DNA from: Alphaproteobacteria bacterium | GTDB taxonomy: Bacteria; Pseudomonadota; Alphaproteobacteria; GCA-2731375 | DNA length: 64,000 nucleotides | NCBI GenBank assembly: GCA_965225945.1 | Contig: CBDDBZ010000037.1 | Location: 394,860 to 458,859 of the forward strand | Direction: 5' to 3' | Part shown: piece after piece, positions 53,824 to 63,145 of the stretch | How positions within the stretch are numbered: the first letter of the stretch is position 1 | Layout of the letters: the number at the start of each line of letters is the position of its first letter | Program-made: the position numbers and the translations under genes | Notes under the pieces: generated by a model | What the model saw: only the letters and a program-made list of their open reading frames with translations | Database searches by the model: none | Told to the model about the DNA's origin: nothing

Positions 53824-54297
53824 CTAGAAAGTGATCCCTTCGATGTCCGGCTCACTGTCTTCGATGTTCAGATATCCGCTCTTCTTCAGAAGCTCCAGGA
53901 TGTCACGGTCCGGATACTCTCCTCCACTGCAAAGCATCGAGTCGCGAAGAATCTGAAAGCCGCCATTGGCGTACTCTTCGAAGATTTCGGCACACTTGCT
54001 CTCTTCCCCGTCCTTCAGAATGTCCGGATTTTTCGTTTCCGCCAGCGCGAGAAGATATATCAGGTCCTCGGCGTCCCCTCTTTCAAACTGCTGGTAAGAC
54101 ACGTCCTCGATACCGTCGCTGCGGTCCAACGGAATGCGCCGCCCCTCGGAGTAGCCCAGCATCGCCGCGAAACACAGGAGCTCACGGATCGTAGGAAAAA
54201 GCGTTCGGTCGGATCCCGGCAATTTGGTCACGGCCAGCCGCTGAACCATGTCCTCGTGTACGCGGCTTCGATTGATGTTCGGGGCTCTATCGCTCAT
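53824..54297 (-). CDS. DNA phosphorothioation-associated protein 4 family (dnd_assoc_4 / PbeD-like)
   Basis: FPTIRELLCFAAMLGY...LIYLLALAE....ILK...IFEEYANGG; coupled between the ATPase and the helicase. Confidence 0.8.
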   Translation of the reverse strand: MSDRAPNINRSRVHEDMVQRLAVTKLPGSDRTLFPTIRELLCFAAMLGYSEGRRIPLDRSDGIEDVSYQQFERGDAEDLIYLLALAETKNPDILKDGEESKCAEIFEEYANGGFQILRDSMLCSGGEYPDRDILELLKKSGYLNIEDSEPDIEGITF

Positions 54298-57296
54298 TCT
54301 GCGGTCACCTTCACAATTTCGGTCCCGTCGTAGGAAGAGTCGAAGATTGATGTCCTGAACTCCTCACCTTTGAAATACCTGCTTTCAGGCTTCCTATCGC
54401 CAATTGAATCTTTGTTGTGACGCACAAGCAGGAATTCTGCACCGATATGGCTTTGCAGTGCCGAGAGAACCTCATCGGACCCTTGAGAGCGTGATAACAG
54501 CAATACGACCTGGCGCGACATTCTAGGGATGAACTCCGCCGTTGTGCGGCGATAGGAATCGTCCAATTGGCCGAACGGAGAGTCCAGCACCAATGGCGCT
54601 ATCGTGCCCGGCAAGAGTTTATAATCCTCCGCGCTTTCCCTAAGAGTCCGTCCGGAGACTTTATGTAGGATTACAGAGTTTTCGGAGCATGAGTCGAATG
54701 GACGCGAGCTTGATGAAGGCGAGCGCGTTGCGGTTGAGGTTCTCCCAGTCCTTGGCCAGTCGGCGGCAGCGGTTGAGCCAGGCGATGGTGCGTTCGACCA
54801 CCCAACGCCTGGGCTGGACGACGAAGCCCTTCACCCGATCGGATCGCTTGACGATCTCGGTCTCGAGATCGGGCAGGATGCCGGCCAGGGCGCGGTGAAA
54901 GACCGGGCCCTGATAGGCGCTGTCGGCGAACAATTTCCCGAGAAAGGGAAACAGACCGAACAAGGTCGCCAGCAGCGCGAGACCGCCGTCGCGATCCTGA
55001 ACGTCGGCGGCGGTGACGATGCCGTGCAGCAGCAAGCCTTGCGTATCGACCAGAACATGCCGCTTCTTGCCCTTGATCAGCTTGCCGGCATCGAAGCCGT
55101 GGCTGTCGATGCGAGCCCCCCTTTTTCAGCGCTTTTCACACTCTGACTGTCGATGATGCAGGCCGTGGGGCTGGCTTCGCGCGCGGCTTTCTCGCGGCAC
55201 TTGAGGTAGAGCGCATGATGGATGCGATCCAGCGTGCCGTCCCAGTTCCACAGGCCGAGGTAATCATGCACGGTGCTTCTGGGCGGCAAATCCTTGGGCA
55301 GCGCGCGCCACTGGCAGCCGGTGCTCAGAATGTACATCACGCCGTTGATCACCTCGCGGATAGCGACGCGCCGTTTGCCGCCGCCGGGCTTGCCCGGCGG
55401 GATCAGCGGCTCGATATGCGCCCATTCCGCATCGGTCAGGTCGCTCGGATAACGCAGTTTGTCGCGGTTGTAGCGCGGGCGGTTGTCGGCAGTCCACATG
55501 GGGCACCTCAAGAGCAAATTCACCACCCCAGAGAATCACAGCTGATTCAGCTCTTCAAGAGGGGCCGCCGGATAACCGATTCATCCGACTCATAAAGTCC
55601 CCGGACGGACACTAACCTTTGCAAATTCGACAAGCGCGGCTGTGAACGCAAGCCCGAGCAACTGGTTCTCGCCGCTTGATTTCGGTAGCGCCATTCCATC
55701 GGAATTGACCAGACTGATCCCATAGTCGTCCGACATCCGCAGGGTGAGCACCTTCCGCGTTGTCGCTTCCAAGATCTTGCGTATTCCAGCCCGCAGCACT
55801 TTGCGCGCCTGCGTCTCTTCCTCCACCAGTTGCAGCTCAAGAATGCCCTTGATCGTTTCGCACAAATTCCGGCGTTTTGCGTAGATTGCGGTTTGCTGGT
55901 CCTGCTGTGCAAGAGTGTTGATATCGCGGTCAATCTGCGTCTTTTCGCGTTCGGCATTCCCAATGCCGGTCTCGATTGATCCGATATTCCGGTCGATCTC
56001 GGACAGCTCTTTTCGCAGTTGCTCCCGTCTTTCCTCACGAGAAGCGATATCGTCGAAGTTTATGCCCTTCAACTTGTCATGAATTTCGCCGAGCTGCGCT
56101 TCAATCGTCCCGAACTCCTCATTCGCTTCCGTCAAACGTTCTTTTGCTTTGATGAGACGATTTGGCGCCTTGGCGCGTTCCGATTTAAGGCTGCCGAGCC
56201 GCGCGCGGACCTTTGTGATCCTGTCGCGCATGATCTGATTGGCTGCCTTCTCCAGAAGTTTTGCTACCTGCTTTGATGCTTCACTGCCCGGTGGCAAAGG
56301 GGCTCCGCAGATACAGGTTTCCGCTTCGAGTACGTCTTTCACGAACTCCTCGTTATACGGGGAGGGAATTCGGCCGCGATGGGCCTTGTCGTTCAGAAAA
56401 TCGAATGTCTCTTCTGTGATCTTCTTCGAGACGATAAATCTGCCGTTCTCGCCAAGCCACTTATAGACCTCGCCGGCGGCCTCCTTTTGCCTCTTTTCGA
56501 CACGCTTTGACTGCTCGGTCAACCGCTCGCGGCTGCGTTGCAGTTCCTTTGCGGCGCTCGTATTGCGGAGCTTTGTATCAATGTCGTTGATTTGCTCGTC
56601 TGTAAGCTGCCTGCTCTTTTCAAGTCTTGCAATTTCCTGCGTTGCCGTGTCGATCTGAGAAACGAACGCATCGATGCGGCGGTTCAGCTCCTCAATCTTA
56701 TTCGTAGCGGGTGTTGAAGGAATCTGCTTGCGGAACTGATTGGAAATCGCCTGCAGGTCATCGACCGCTGTCTCGATTAGAGAACACCCCAAAATATCTC
56801 GAACCGCGCCGCGTATCGAAGCGCGGTTCTTCTCCCCAAGAAAGACCTCGGCATGTTCACCGTCAAACAGGAAATGTGACGCCATTTCACGTGGGATGAC
56901 CGTGTTGATGAATGTATCGGGCGACTGGACATCAATCTGGCCCCCGCTATCAAAACGCGCCACCACAAAGCTGCGACCCGCATCAGAAGCAGGACCGGCC
57001 CTGAAGAAACGCTTGGCAATGTAATGGTTGCCGTTGTGTTCGAACAACACCTCAACCGATGCAAGGGTCCTGCCTTCCTTCTTTGCGTCGTAATTTAGGA
57101 TGTCTTCCTTCTTTTCAAACCGGCTAGTTGTCTCTCCATAAAAGCACCAGAGCAAAGCATTTAGTAAGGTGGTTTTTCCGACACCGTTTTCCGCGTAGAT
57201 GAGTGTTACATTCTTGTCTTTATCGGACGAGAATGTAATCGAGCACTCCCCATAAAAACACCGGAAATCTTTCAATCTTATTTCGTCAAGTATCAT
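54294..57296 (-). pseudogene. SMC/DndD-like ABC ATPase (PbeC-like) interrupted by IS5 copy 3
   Basis: AENGVGKTTLL, FLFDGE, Zn-hook CICG, coiled coils, KSSGE|IS|LVLDSPFGQLD. Removing the IS and one TSD gives 2031 nt (676 aa) in frame. Confidence 0.88.
54644..55612 (-). mobile_element. IS5 family element, copy 3
   Basis: Near-identical to copies 1 and 2 (one substitution seen near 54907); TAA TSD at 54641-54643 and 55613-55615. Confidence 0.95.
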
Positions 57297-57530
57297 TGCC
57301 AGCGTCCGTCAATTTGGTGTGACGTTCAATCAGTTCACGTAGTTTTCGTTGGCGCTCAGTTTTTACATTTCTCTTCTCAAAGAAATACAATCGTTCAAGT
57401 TCAATTATTTCCTTTATAATAGGATCATGTCTTGCGTAGTCTATGTTTTCATCTTGCATGTCGAATCTGGCTCCTCACGATTGAAAATTGCAGAAGAGAA
57501 CGAAAAACGCAATCTATTTGGAAACTGCTA

Positions 57531-58668
57531 TACCCATCCTACCCCAAAACCCGAAATTCCTGATGGGTGATAATACGGAAGTTATCGGTTACTTTATCTC
57601 GGAATTCTCGCCAGTTTTTGGGGATTATTTCGCGCAGGAATTTGATAATTGCCTGGGCAAATTGTTGTTGGGTTGGATAGAAGCGGTTATGGGTGACATG
57701 GGCGTGCATCACAGCCCACAGGCGCTCAATCGGGTTCAAATGGGGGCAATAGGCCGGTAACCGGATGAGATTGATGCGGCAATCGTCGCGCGATAGCCAC
57801 TGCCGGACTGTCTGGCAGCGATGGTAGGGCGCATTGTCCCAGATGACATGTATTGTTGATTTTGTCGGATTGCTGGCTTCGATCTTTGCCAGAAGTTTAA
57901 CCGCACTATCACCATCAACCGTGACAGGTTCGACAAACGGTGCGTCGAAATTCTCCAGACAAAGGGCGCCGTGAATATTGACACGGCCCCGGCCGGAAGT
58001 GGTTTTGACAGCAGGGTTTGAGCCCTTGCACACCCAACCAAAGGCGGGCTTCGTTTGATACTCAGGATGCACAGCATCAGCGAAATAGACCGTCTCATCT
58101 GCGGGCAATTCATTCAACAGGTTCTCGTAAAAGGCGATGAAAGCGCGTTGCTCTGCCTCGTCGGCCACACGCGGCACCGCTTTGGGTTTGCGATACTCAA
58201 ACTCCAGCCGGTGCAGCAATTTCAGGCAACCGGAGTGCGAATAGACCGCGCCATATTGCCCTGCAATATGCGCCCGGACTTCCCCAGTCCCACGGCAAAA
58301 ACGGTTCTCCAGCCAGCCCGACAGAGCCAACTCCTGCTCAACCGCCAACCGCGACAGGCCACCCTGCCAACCATCCTGCGCCAGAACTTCCCAACCGTCG
58401 CGTTGATACGCCTTGAACCACCCCCGGATAGTGTCGTCGTCAAGATAGAGAAACTCCGCGATCTGTGCACAACTCTTGCCATCATCCAACAGCAAAATAG
58501 CATTCGCACGCCGCGCAATCCCGTGCTCTTCACGCTGACGACGAACGCAACGCTCCAGCTCAAGACGCTCGCTGGTGGAAAGAAAGTGCGGATCAATCAT
58601 GCAACAAGTGGAATCCATCCGCACAAAAACGTCAAACAAAAAATTCGGAAGTTCAGGGAGTCGGAGTA
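57531..58668 (-). mobile_element. IS630 family element with a single-ORF transposase (57539 to about 58600)
   Basis: TA-flanked; RRANAILLLDDG HTH, YFADAVHP, IWDNAPYH, PHLNPIERLW. Confidence 0.88.
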
Positions 58669-58730
58669 TAGCATTCAAAAATACAGCGTATGATTAGCAA
58701 ATTTTCATGTCTGTTTTGGTGACAACACGT

Positions 58731-59035
58731 TCACCTTGAAATCCCTTTCCCGCCTTCAACGCCAAGCCCCTTTCCTTTGCTGACTCGGGTCGCCTGCCTC
58801 CACGGCACGAGCGAGAAGTCTTTGCCTTTCTGTAGAACCGCAAATCGTCCAGAAGCCAGTTTGACAGTCTTGCTAATCTGCCCTTGCAATCGCTCCCCAT
58901 CCGCCGTTGGCTGATAGCTCAAGCCAAGCTCATTCTGAAGTTTCTGAGCAACCCGGTTCACCTCCCTCCGCTGGAGCGTCTCAAGCAATTTTCGCCGGGC
59001 GACAAGTTGGCCACCCTGCTCGATCATCAGCTCTT
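58731..59035 (-). pseudogene. DUF3363 relaxase-associated C-terminal fragment
   Basis: LLETLQRREV...LASGRFAVL....FSLVPWR. Confidence 0.65.
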
Positions 59036-59049
59036 CCCACACAAGCCAT

Positions 59050-59411
59050 TGTTGCCGTCAGCCGCCGCGGCGAGTAGCCCTTTGGACGGTCGTGAAGCCC
59101 CTCCAATCCCTTTGCATTGTAACGAACAACCGCGTCGCGAAGCGTTTGGCGATCCATCCCCGCAAGCCGCGCGGCATCAGCCCGGGGCATCTCCTCCAAA
59201 GCATTCGCGATCCCATAGGCCCGCGACGCCGCTCGACCGTACGATTCCACGCGAGCCCAGCGCCGAAGCTCCAAAGGCGTCAAATCATCCCGTATCTTGA
59301 GTGCTGATCCCATGACATCCCCCACATCTGGTGGGAGACCATAGAATCACAATCCGCCATCATCCGCCATCAATGAATATCCCGAGAGTCAATTCAGGCG
59401 CTCACTGGTAT
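59050..59411 (-). pseudogene. IS630 N-terminal remnant with left end
   Basis: ALKIRDDLTPLELRRWAR...AARLAGMDRQTLRDAVVRYNAKGLEGLHDRP. Confidence 0.75.
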
Positions 59412-59447
59412 TATACGGTTGCGAATCGATAACCGGGTCGAGCGATC

Positions 59448-60401
59448 ATGTCCCACGTCTTCCTGTCCTACTCGCACGCCGACGAGGCCCTACGCAACGA
59501 GCTTGAGAAGCACCTCGCCGGGCTCCTCCGGCAGGGCGTGATTACGACCTGGCACGATCGCCGGATCGGTCCCGGCGAGGAGCTGCACGGCCAGATCGAC
59601 GAACAGCTCAACACCGCGGACATCATTCTGCTCCTGGTCAGCGCCGACTTTCTCGCCTCCGACTATTGCTATGACGTGGAAATGATGCGGGCTATGGAGC
59701 GCCACGAACGGGGCGAGGCGCGCGTCATCCCAGTCATCCTGCGTCCCTGCGACTGGCACGGCGCACCGTTCGGCAAACTGATGGCAGTGCCCCCGGACGG
59801 CAAAGCCGTTACCAAGCACGCAACGCTGGACGACGGATTCCTCGAGGTTGCCAAGGCAATTCGCCAGGTTGCGGGGCCGGGGGACATCCGGACCCCCGGC
59901 CCCGCAACCAGCCCACCGGCACCCGGCGCGGGTGGCAGCCGCCCGGCTTCGCACGCTCCACGTTCGAGCAATCTCAGGGTGCGCAGCGGGTTCACCGACC
60001 ACGACCGCCACGCCTTCCTCACTGAATCCTTCGAGTACATCGCCCGCTATTTCGAGAACTCCCTGACCGAGCTCCAGGGGAGGAACGATCGGGTCGAGGG
60101 CAATTTCCGGCAAGTCGATGCCAACCGCTTCGAGGCAAGAGTATTCGTCAGCGGCGAAGAACGCACAGTCTGCAGCATCTGGCTCGGGGGGCTCATGGGA
60201 ACCGACGGACTGTACTTTTCCTTCGGCGGACTGGGAGGCGGCAATAGTTTCAACGAGTCGATGTCGGTATCCGACGACGGCTACACATTGTTGCTTCAGC
60301 CTCTCGGCATGGCGAATTTCGGGCGACGAGACGACGGCGCGCTCACCATGGAGGGCGCAGCAGAGTACTTCTGGACCCTCTTCATCGAGCGGCTCCGGTA
60401 G
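59448..60401 (+). CDS. TIR domain protein (TIR_2) with an uncharacterised C-terminal domain
   Basis: VFLSYSHADE, WHDRRI.PG, LLVSADFLASDYCYDVEM, VIPVILRPCDW; Pro/Gly linker; about 140-aa C-terminal domain. Confidence 0.88.
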   Translation: MSHVFLSYSHADEALRNELEKHLAGLLRQGVITTWHDRRIGPGEELHGQIDEQLNTADIILLLVSADFLASDYCYDVEMMRAMERHERGEARVIPVILRPCDWHGAPFGKLMAVPPDGKAVTKHATLDDGFLEVAKAIRQVAGPGDIRTPGPATSPPAPGAGGSRPASHAPRSSNLRVRSGFTDHDRHAFLTESFEYIARYFENSLTELQGRNDRVEGNFRQVDANRFEARVFVSGEERTVCSIWLGGLMGTDGLYFSFGGLGGGNSFNESMSVSDDGYTLLLQPLGMANFGRRDDGALTMEGAAEYFWTLFIERLR

Positions 60402-60409
60402 CGTCGCCA

Positions 60410-61252
60410 ATGGCAGGGTCGGCGCGGCCAGTGTCCGGCAATTCGTCTGTCGTGAAACGCGTTTCAGGATTGTGCCGCGCAGCCCGCGGCTGGGCCGCCG
60501 CTCTGGCGTTTATCGTCATGGTCGTGAATGCCGTGCCCGCGTTCGCGGGGAGCGAAGGCCGGACGTCCGGCTGGGCGGGAACCTATGCCGGGGCGTTTGT
60601 CGGCGTCGGGCGCCCGGACAACCGGATCGTCGATGTCGACGGGTTCGCGGACTGGGGCAATCCCGGGTCCAGGACGGGTTACGCCGGAGCAGGCGCTGTC
60701 GGCGGACTGCTGTTGGGCAAGCGGTTTGGCATCGGCGGCGTCCGGTTCCGGGTCGAGGCCGACGCGATGTTCGGCGACCTGTCGGCGGGTACGAACCGGC
60801 TCGATCCGGGATGCACCGACGAAGCGGCGGCGTCGCGGTTTCGGTGGGTCGCCACGGTGCGCGTCCGGGTGGAAGAGACAATAGGCGATGTCGGTGTGTT
60901 CGTGTCCGGCGGGCCGGCGCTGGCCCGGATCGTCAATTCGGTCACCGATACCGACTACAGCGGGAGCACATGCCTGGAAACGGATCTGCGCCTGGACGCC
61001 GACGACTCGTTTCGCCGCGTTTCGACGAAAGTCGGATGGGCGATCGGCGCCGGTTTCGAGATGCCGCTGGCCGCGCGTTGGGCTCTCCGGCTCGACGGTT
61101 CGTATCTGGACTTCGGCAGCGAGACCTATCGCGTGAACCTGTCCGGCAACAATTCATGCGGGCCCGGCGGCGCCATGGCGCCCTGCCGCTACACCGTCAG
61201 GAACGGGCTGGGGGTCGCCCGCCTGGGGATCGTCTATCGGTTCGGCGAATAG
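60410..61252 (+). CDS. Outer-membrane beta-barrel protein (Omp25/RopB-like)
   Basis: Signal-like hydrophobic segment, WAGTYAGAFVG, GWAIGAGFE, SYLDFG, C-terminal LGIVYRF. Confidence 0.75.
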   Translation: MAGSARPVSGNSSVVKRVSGLCRAARGWAAALAFIVMVVNAVPAFAGSEGRTSGWAGTYAGAFVGVGRPDNRIVDVDGFADWGNPGSRTGYAGAGAVGGLLLGKRFGIGGVRFRVEADAMFGDLSAGTNRLDPGCTDEAAASRFRWVATVRVRVEETIGDVGVFVSGGPALARIVNSVTDTDYSGSTCLETDLRLDADDSFRRVSTKVGWAIGAGFEMPLAARWALRLDGSYLDFGSETYRVNLSGNNSCGPGGAMAPCRYTVRNGLGVARLGIVYRFGE

Positions 61253-61696
61253 GCTATGCCGGCGTTGGCGGATGCGGCGCCGTGCACGGCGTGCAAATTT
61301 GCTTGGAGTAACGGTTCGGCCGCACCGTTGTGGGCCGGGCGGGTGGAGGTGGTGAACGACCACTCGGGGAAGAGATCGGGTCGGCTGCGCGCACCGATCT
61401 CACCCGCGGGACGGAGGATTCCACGGCCCGACCGAACGGATACTGCTGCTAATCTACAATCCTCCGGCACACGGTGGAGAACACCCTGCACACCCACGGA
61501 TTTTCTAGAGCTAGGTAGGACTACCTGCGAGCAAACGTTCTTGGGGAAAATCGCTCTGGCGAGCGACCAGGATCAGCAGGACAGGTGAAAAAAGCCGCGA
61601 AATGCTTTCCGGGTTCTACGGCCGAGTGCGATTAACAGGGTGAGCGTGACGAATATTCTCTCACGAACCGCTGCAGAGCTGAAAAGAGGGAGCGAA

Positions 61697-62488
61697 ATGG
61701 CTCGACCGTTGACGAAAACCAAAGGGGGAGGCGGACTGTATGCGCGTCCGATAGCGGTCGGGGCTCAGATCGACGAGGCCGTCTGCCTCTCACGATCCGA
61801 GTTGCAGACCCGTCTCTTGATCGCCGATCGCAACGCCCCCGGCTATCTGCGCTCCGAGTGTCTCGTCCATCTGGTGCGACAGGGGCGGCGGTCTGACGAC
61901 CAACAGCTGATGAGCGCTGTGTTGCCAGTCTTGCTTGGGCGATGCGAAGCGAATCTCTTGGTTAAGGTCCCGGACGGTGGAATGCCGGACGCTGCAAGCC
62001 TTCGGCAAGAAATTCTGGAAGACCTGACGGATCTTTTCGTGACAGACGGAACGGGCGCCCTCCCCGACGAGCTCGATTTCTACGAATGTCGGTTCAACAA
62101 AGCGTTCAGGGCCCTGCGCATCGATGCGGTTCGTCGGGATGTACGGCGGCGGAAACGCGGCATTACTGTGATCGACCTGCCGCCATCCGAAGCGGCAAGT
62201 GAACCAGACGGTTATGAGGATGCATTCGCCCGAGTGTCGGACACATTCAAGATTCTGCCGACGCAGGAGTGGGATGTTTTCCGGGAACCGTTCGTGAAGG
62301 CGATCGAAGCTCTGCCGGCCGATGAACGCGACGCCGTCATCCTCGTCCATGTCCTCGGGTACAAGGAAGAGTCCGAGGATCCCGAGAAGGAAACAGCCGC
62401 GACGCGGTGCAACTGCACGGGACGAACGATTCGCAATCGGCTCACACGGGCGGCTGCGAAGCTTTCCCGCTTTAAGGAGGACCTATGA
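61697..62488 (+). CDS. Divergent sigma-70/ECF-like factor
   Basis: Region 2-like FYECRFNKAFRALRIDAVRR; region 4-like AIEALPADERDAVIL...TAATRCNCTGRTIRNRLTRA; RBS GAGGGAG before ATG at 61697 (GTG at 61640 possible). Confidence 0.6.
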   Translation: MARPLTKTKGGGGLYARPIAVGAQIDEAVCLSRSELQTRLLIADRNAPGYLRSECLVHLVRQGRRSDDQQLMSAVLPVLLGRCEANLLVKVPDGGMPDAASLRQEILEDLTDLFVTDGTGALPDELDFYECRFNKAFRALRIDAVRRDVRRRKRGITVIDLPPSEAASEPDGYEDAFARVSDTFKILPTQEWDVFREPFVKAIEALPADERDAVILVHVLGYKEESEDPEKETAATRCNCTGRTIRNRLTRAAAKLSRFKEDL

Positions 62489-63141
62489 ACCAGACTCTCT
62501 GCGCAAGCCCGCCCGCATTGCGGGAAGCCCTGTATGTCCTGTCCACAGAGCAGGACGTGCCGGACGCGAAGCTGTTGGACGATGTCGTTCGCCGGTATCC
62601 CGAATTCGGAGAAGAACTGACCGAGTTCGCTATCGCTATTGCGGTAGACGCCCAGCGCGGTGAGCGCGCCGTGGAAGATGCGGAAGGGGGGATCGATCCG
62701 AGTGCCGTCAGCCTGGCTGTCAGCCGAGCGATGAGCCATTTCCAAAACCGACTTCATGCTGTGACGGTGGGTGCGGCTGAGGCGAGGAGCACACGTGCGG
62801 ACATCGCCGGTGCACCCAACCCTTTCTCGGGTTTACCGCGTAACGAATTCCGCACTTTCGCCGCGCGGCTGAACGCGAATACCGTCTTCGTTGGCAAGCT
62901 GCGTGACCGTCAAATCGACCCGGCCACAATGACGCCAGGTTTTCAAAGACGGGTGGCAGACGAGCTGAAGGCACCGCTTGATGTCGTGGTGGCGCACTTC
63001 GCCGCGCGCCAGGCAGCCCCAACCGGGCAGTTTTTCAAGGCGGAAGGCAAGCCATCAACAGGGGCACAGCAAAGCTTCGAGGAGGCGGTGAGAAGCTCGG
63101 GTTTGAGTGAGGCCCAGCAGAAAACGCTGTTGGAGCTCTGA
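62485..63141 (+). CDS. Hypothetical protein (possible anti-sigma / XRE-like HTH), coupled to the sigma-like gene
   Basis: ATGA overlap; N-terminal LLDDVVRRYPEF.EEL.EF; FAARLNANTVFVGKLRDRQI...VADEL. Confidence 0.7.
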   Translation: MNQTLCASPPALREALYVLSTEQDVPDAKLLDDVVRRYPEFGEELTEFAIAIAVDAQRGERAVEDAEGGIDPSAVSLAVSRAMSHFQNRLHAVTVGAAEARSTRADIAGAPNPFSGLPRNEFRTFAARLNANTVFVGKLRDRQIDPATMTPGFQRRVADELKAPLDVVVAHFAARQAAPTGQFFKAEGKPSTGAQQSFEEAVRSSGLSEAQQKTLLEL

Positions 63142-63145
63142 TCTC

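Noticed and set aside
60118-61311. 397-aa Arg-rich ORF
   Set aside because: Alternative frame overlapping the TIR and OMP genes; low-complexity, shadow-like composition.
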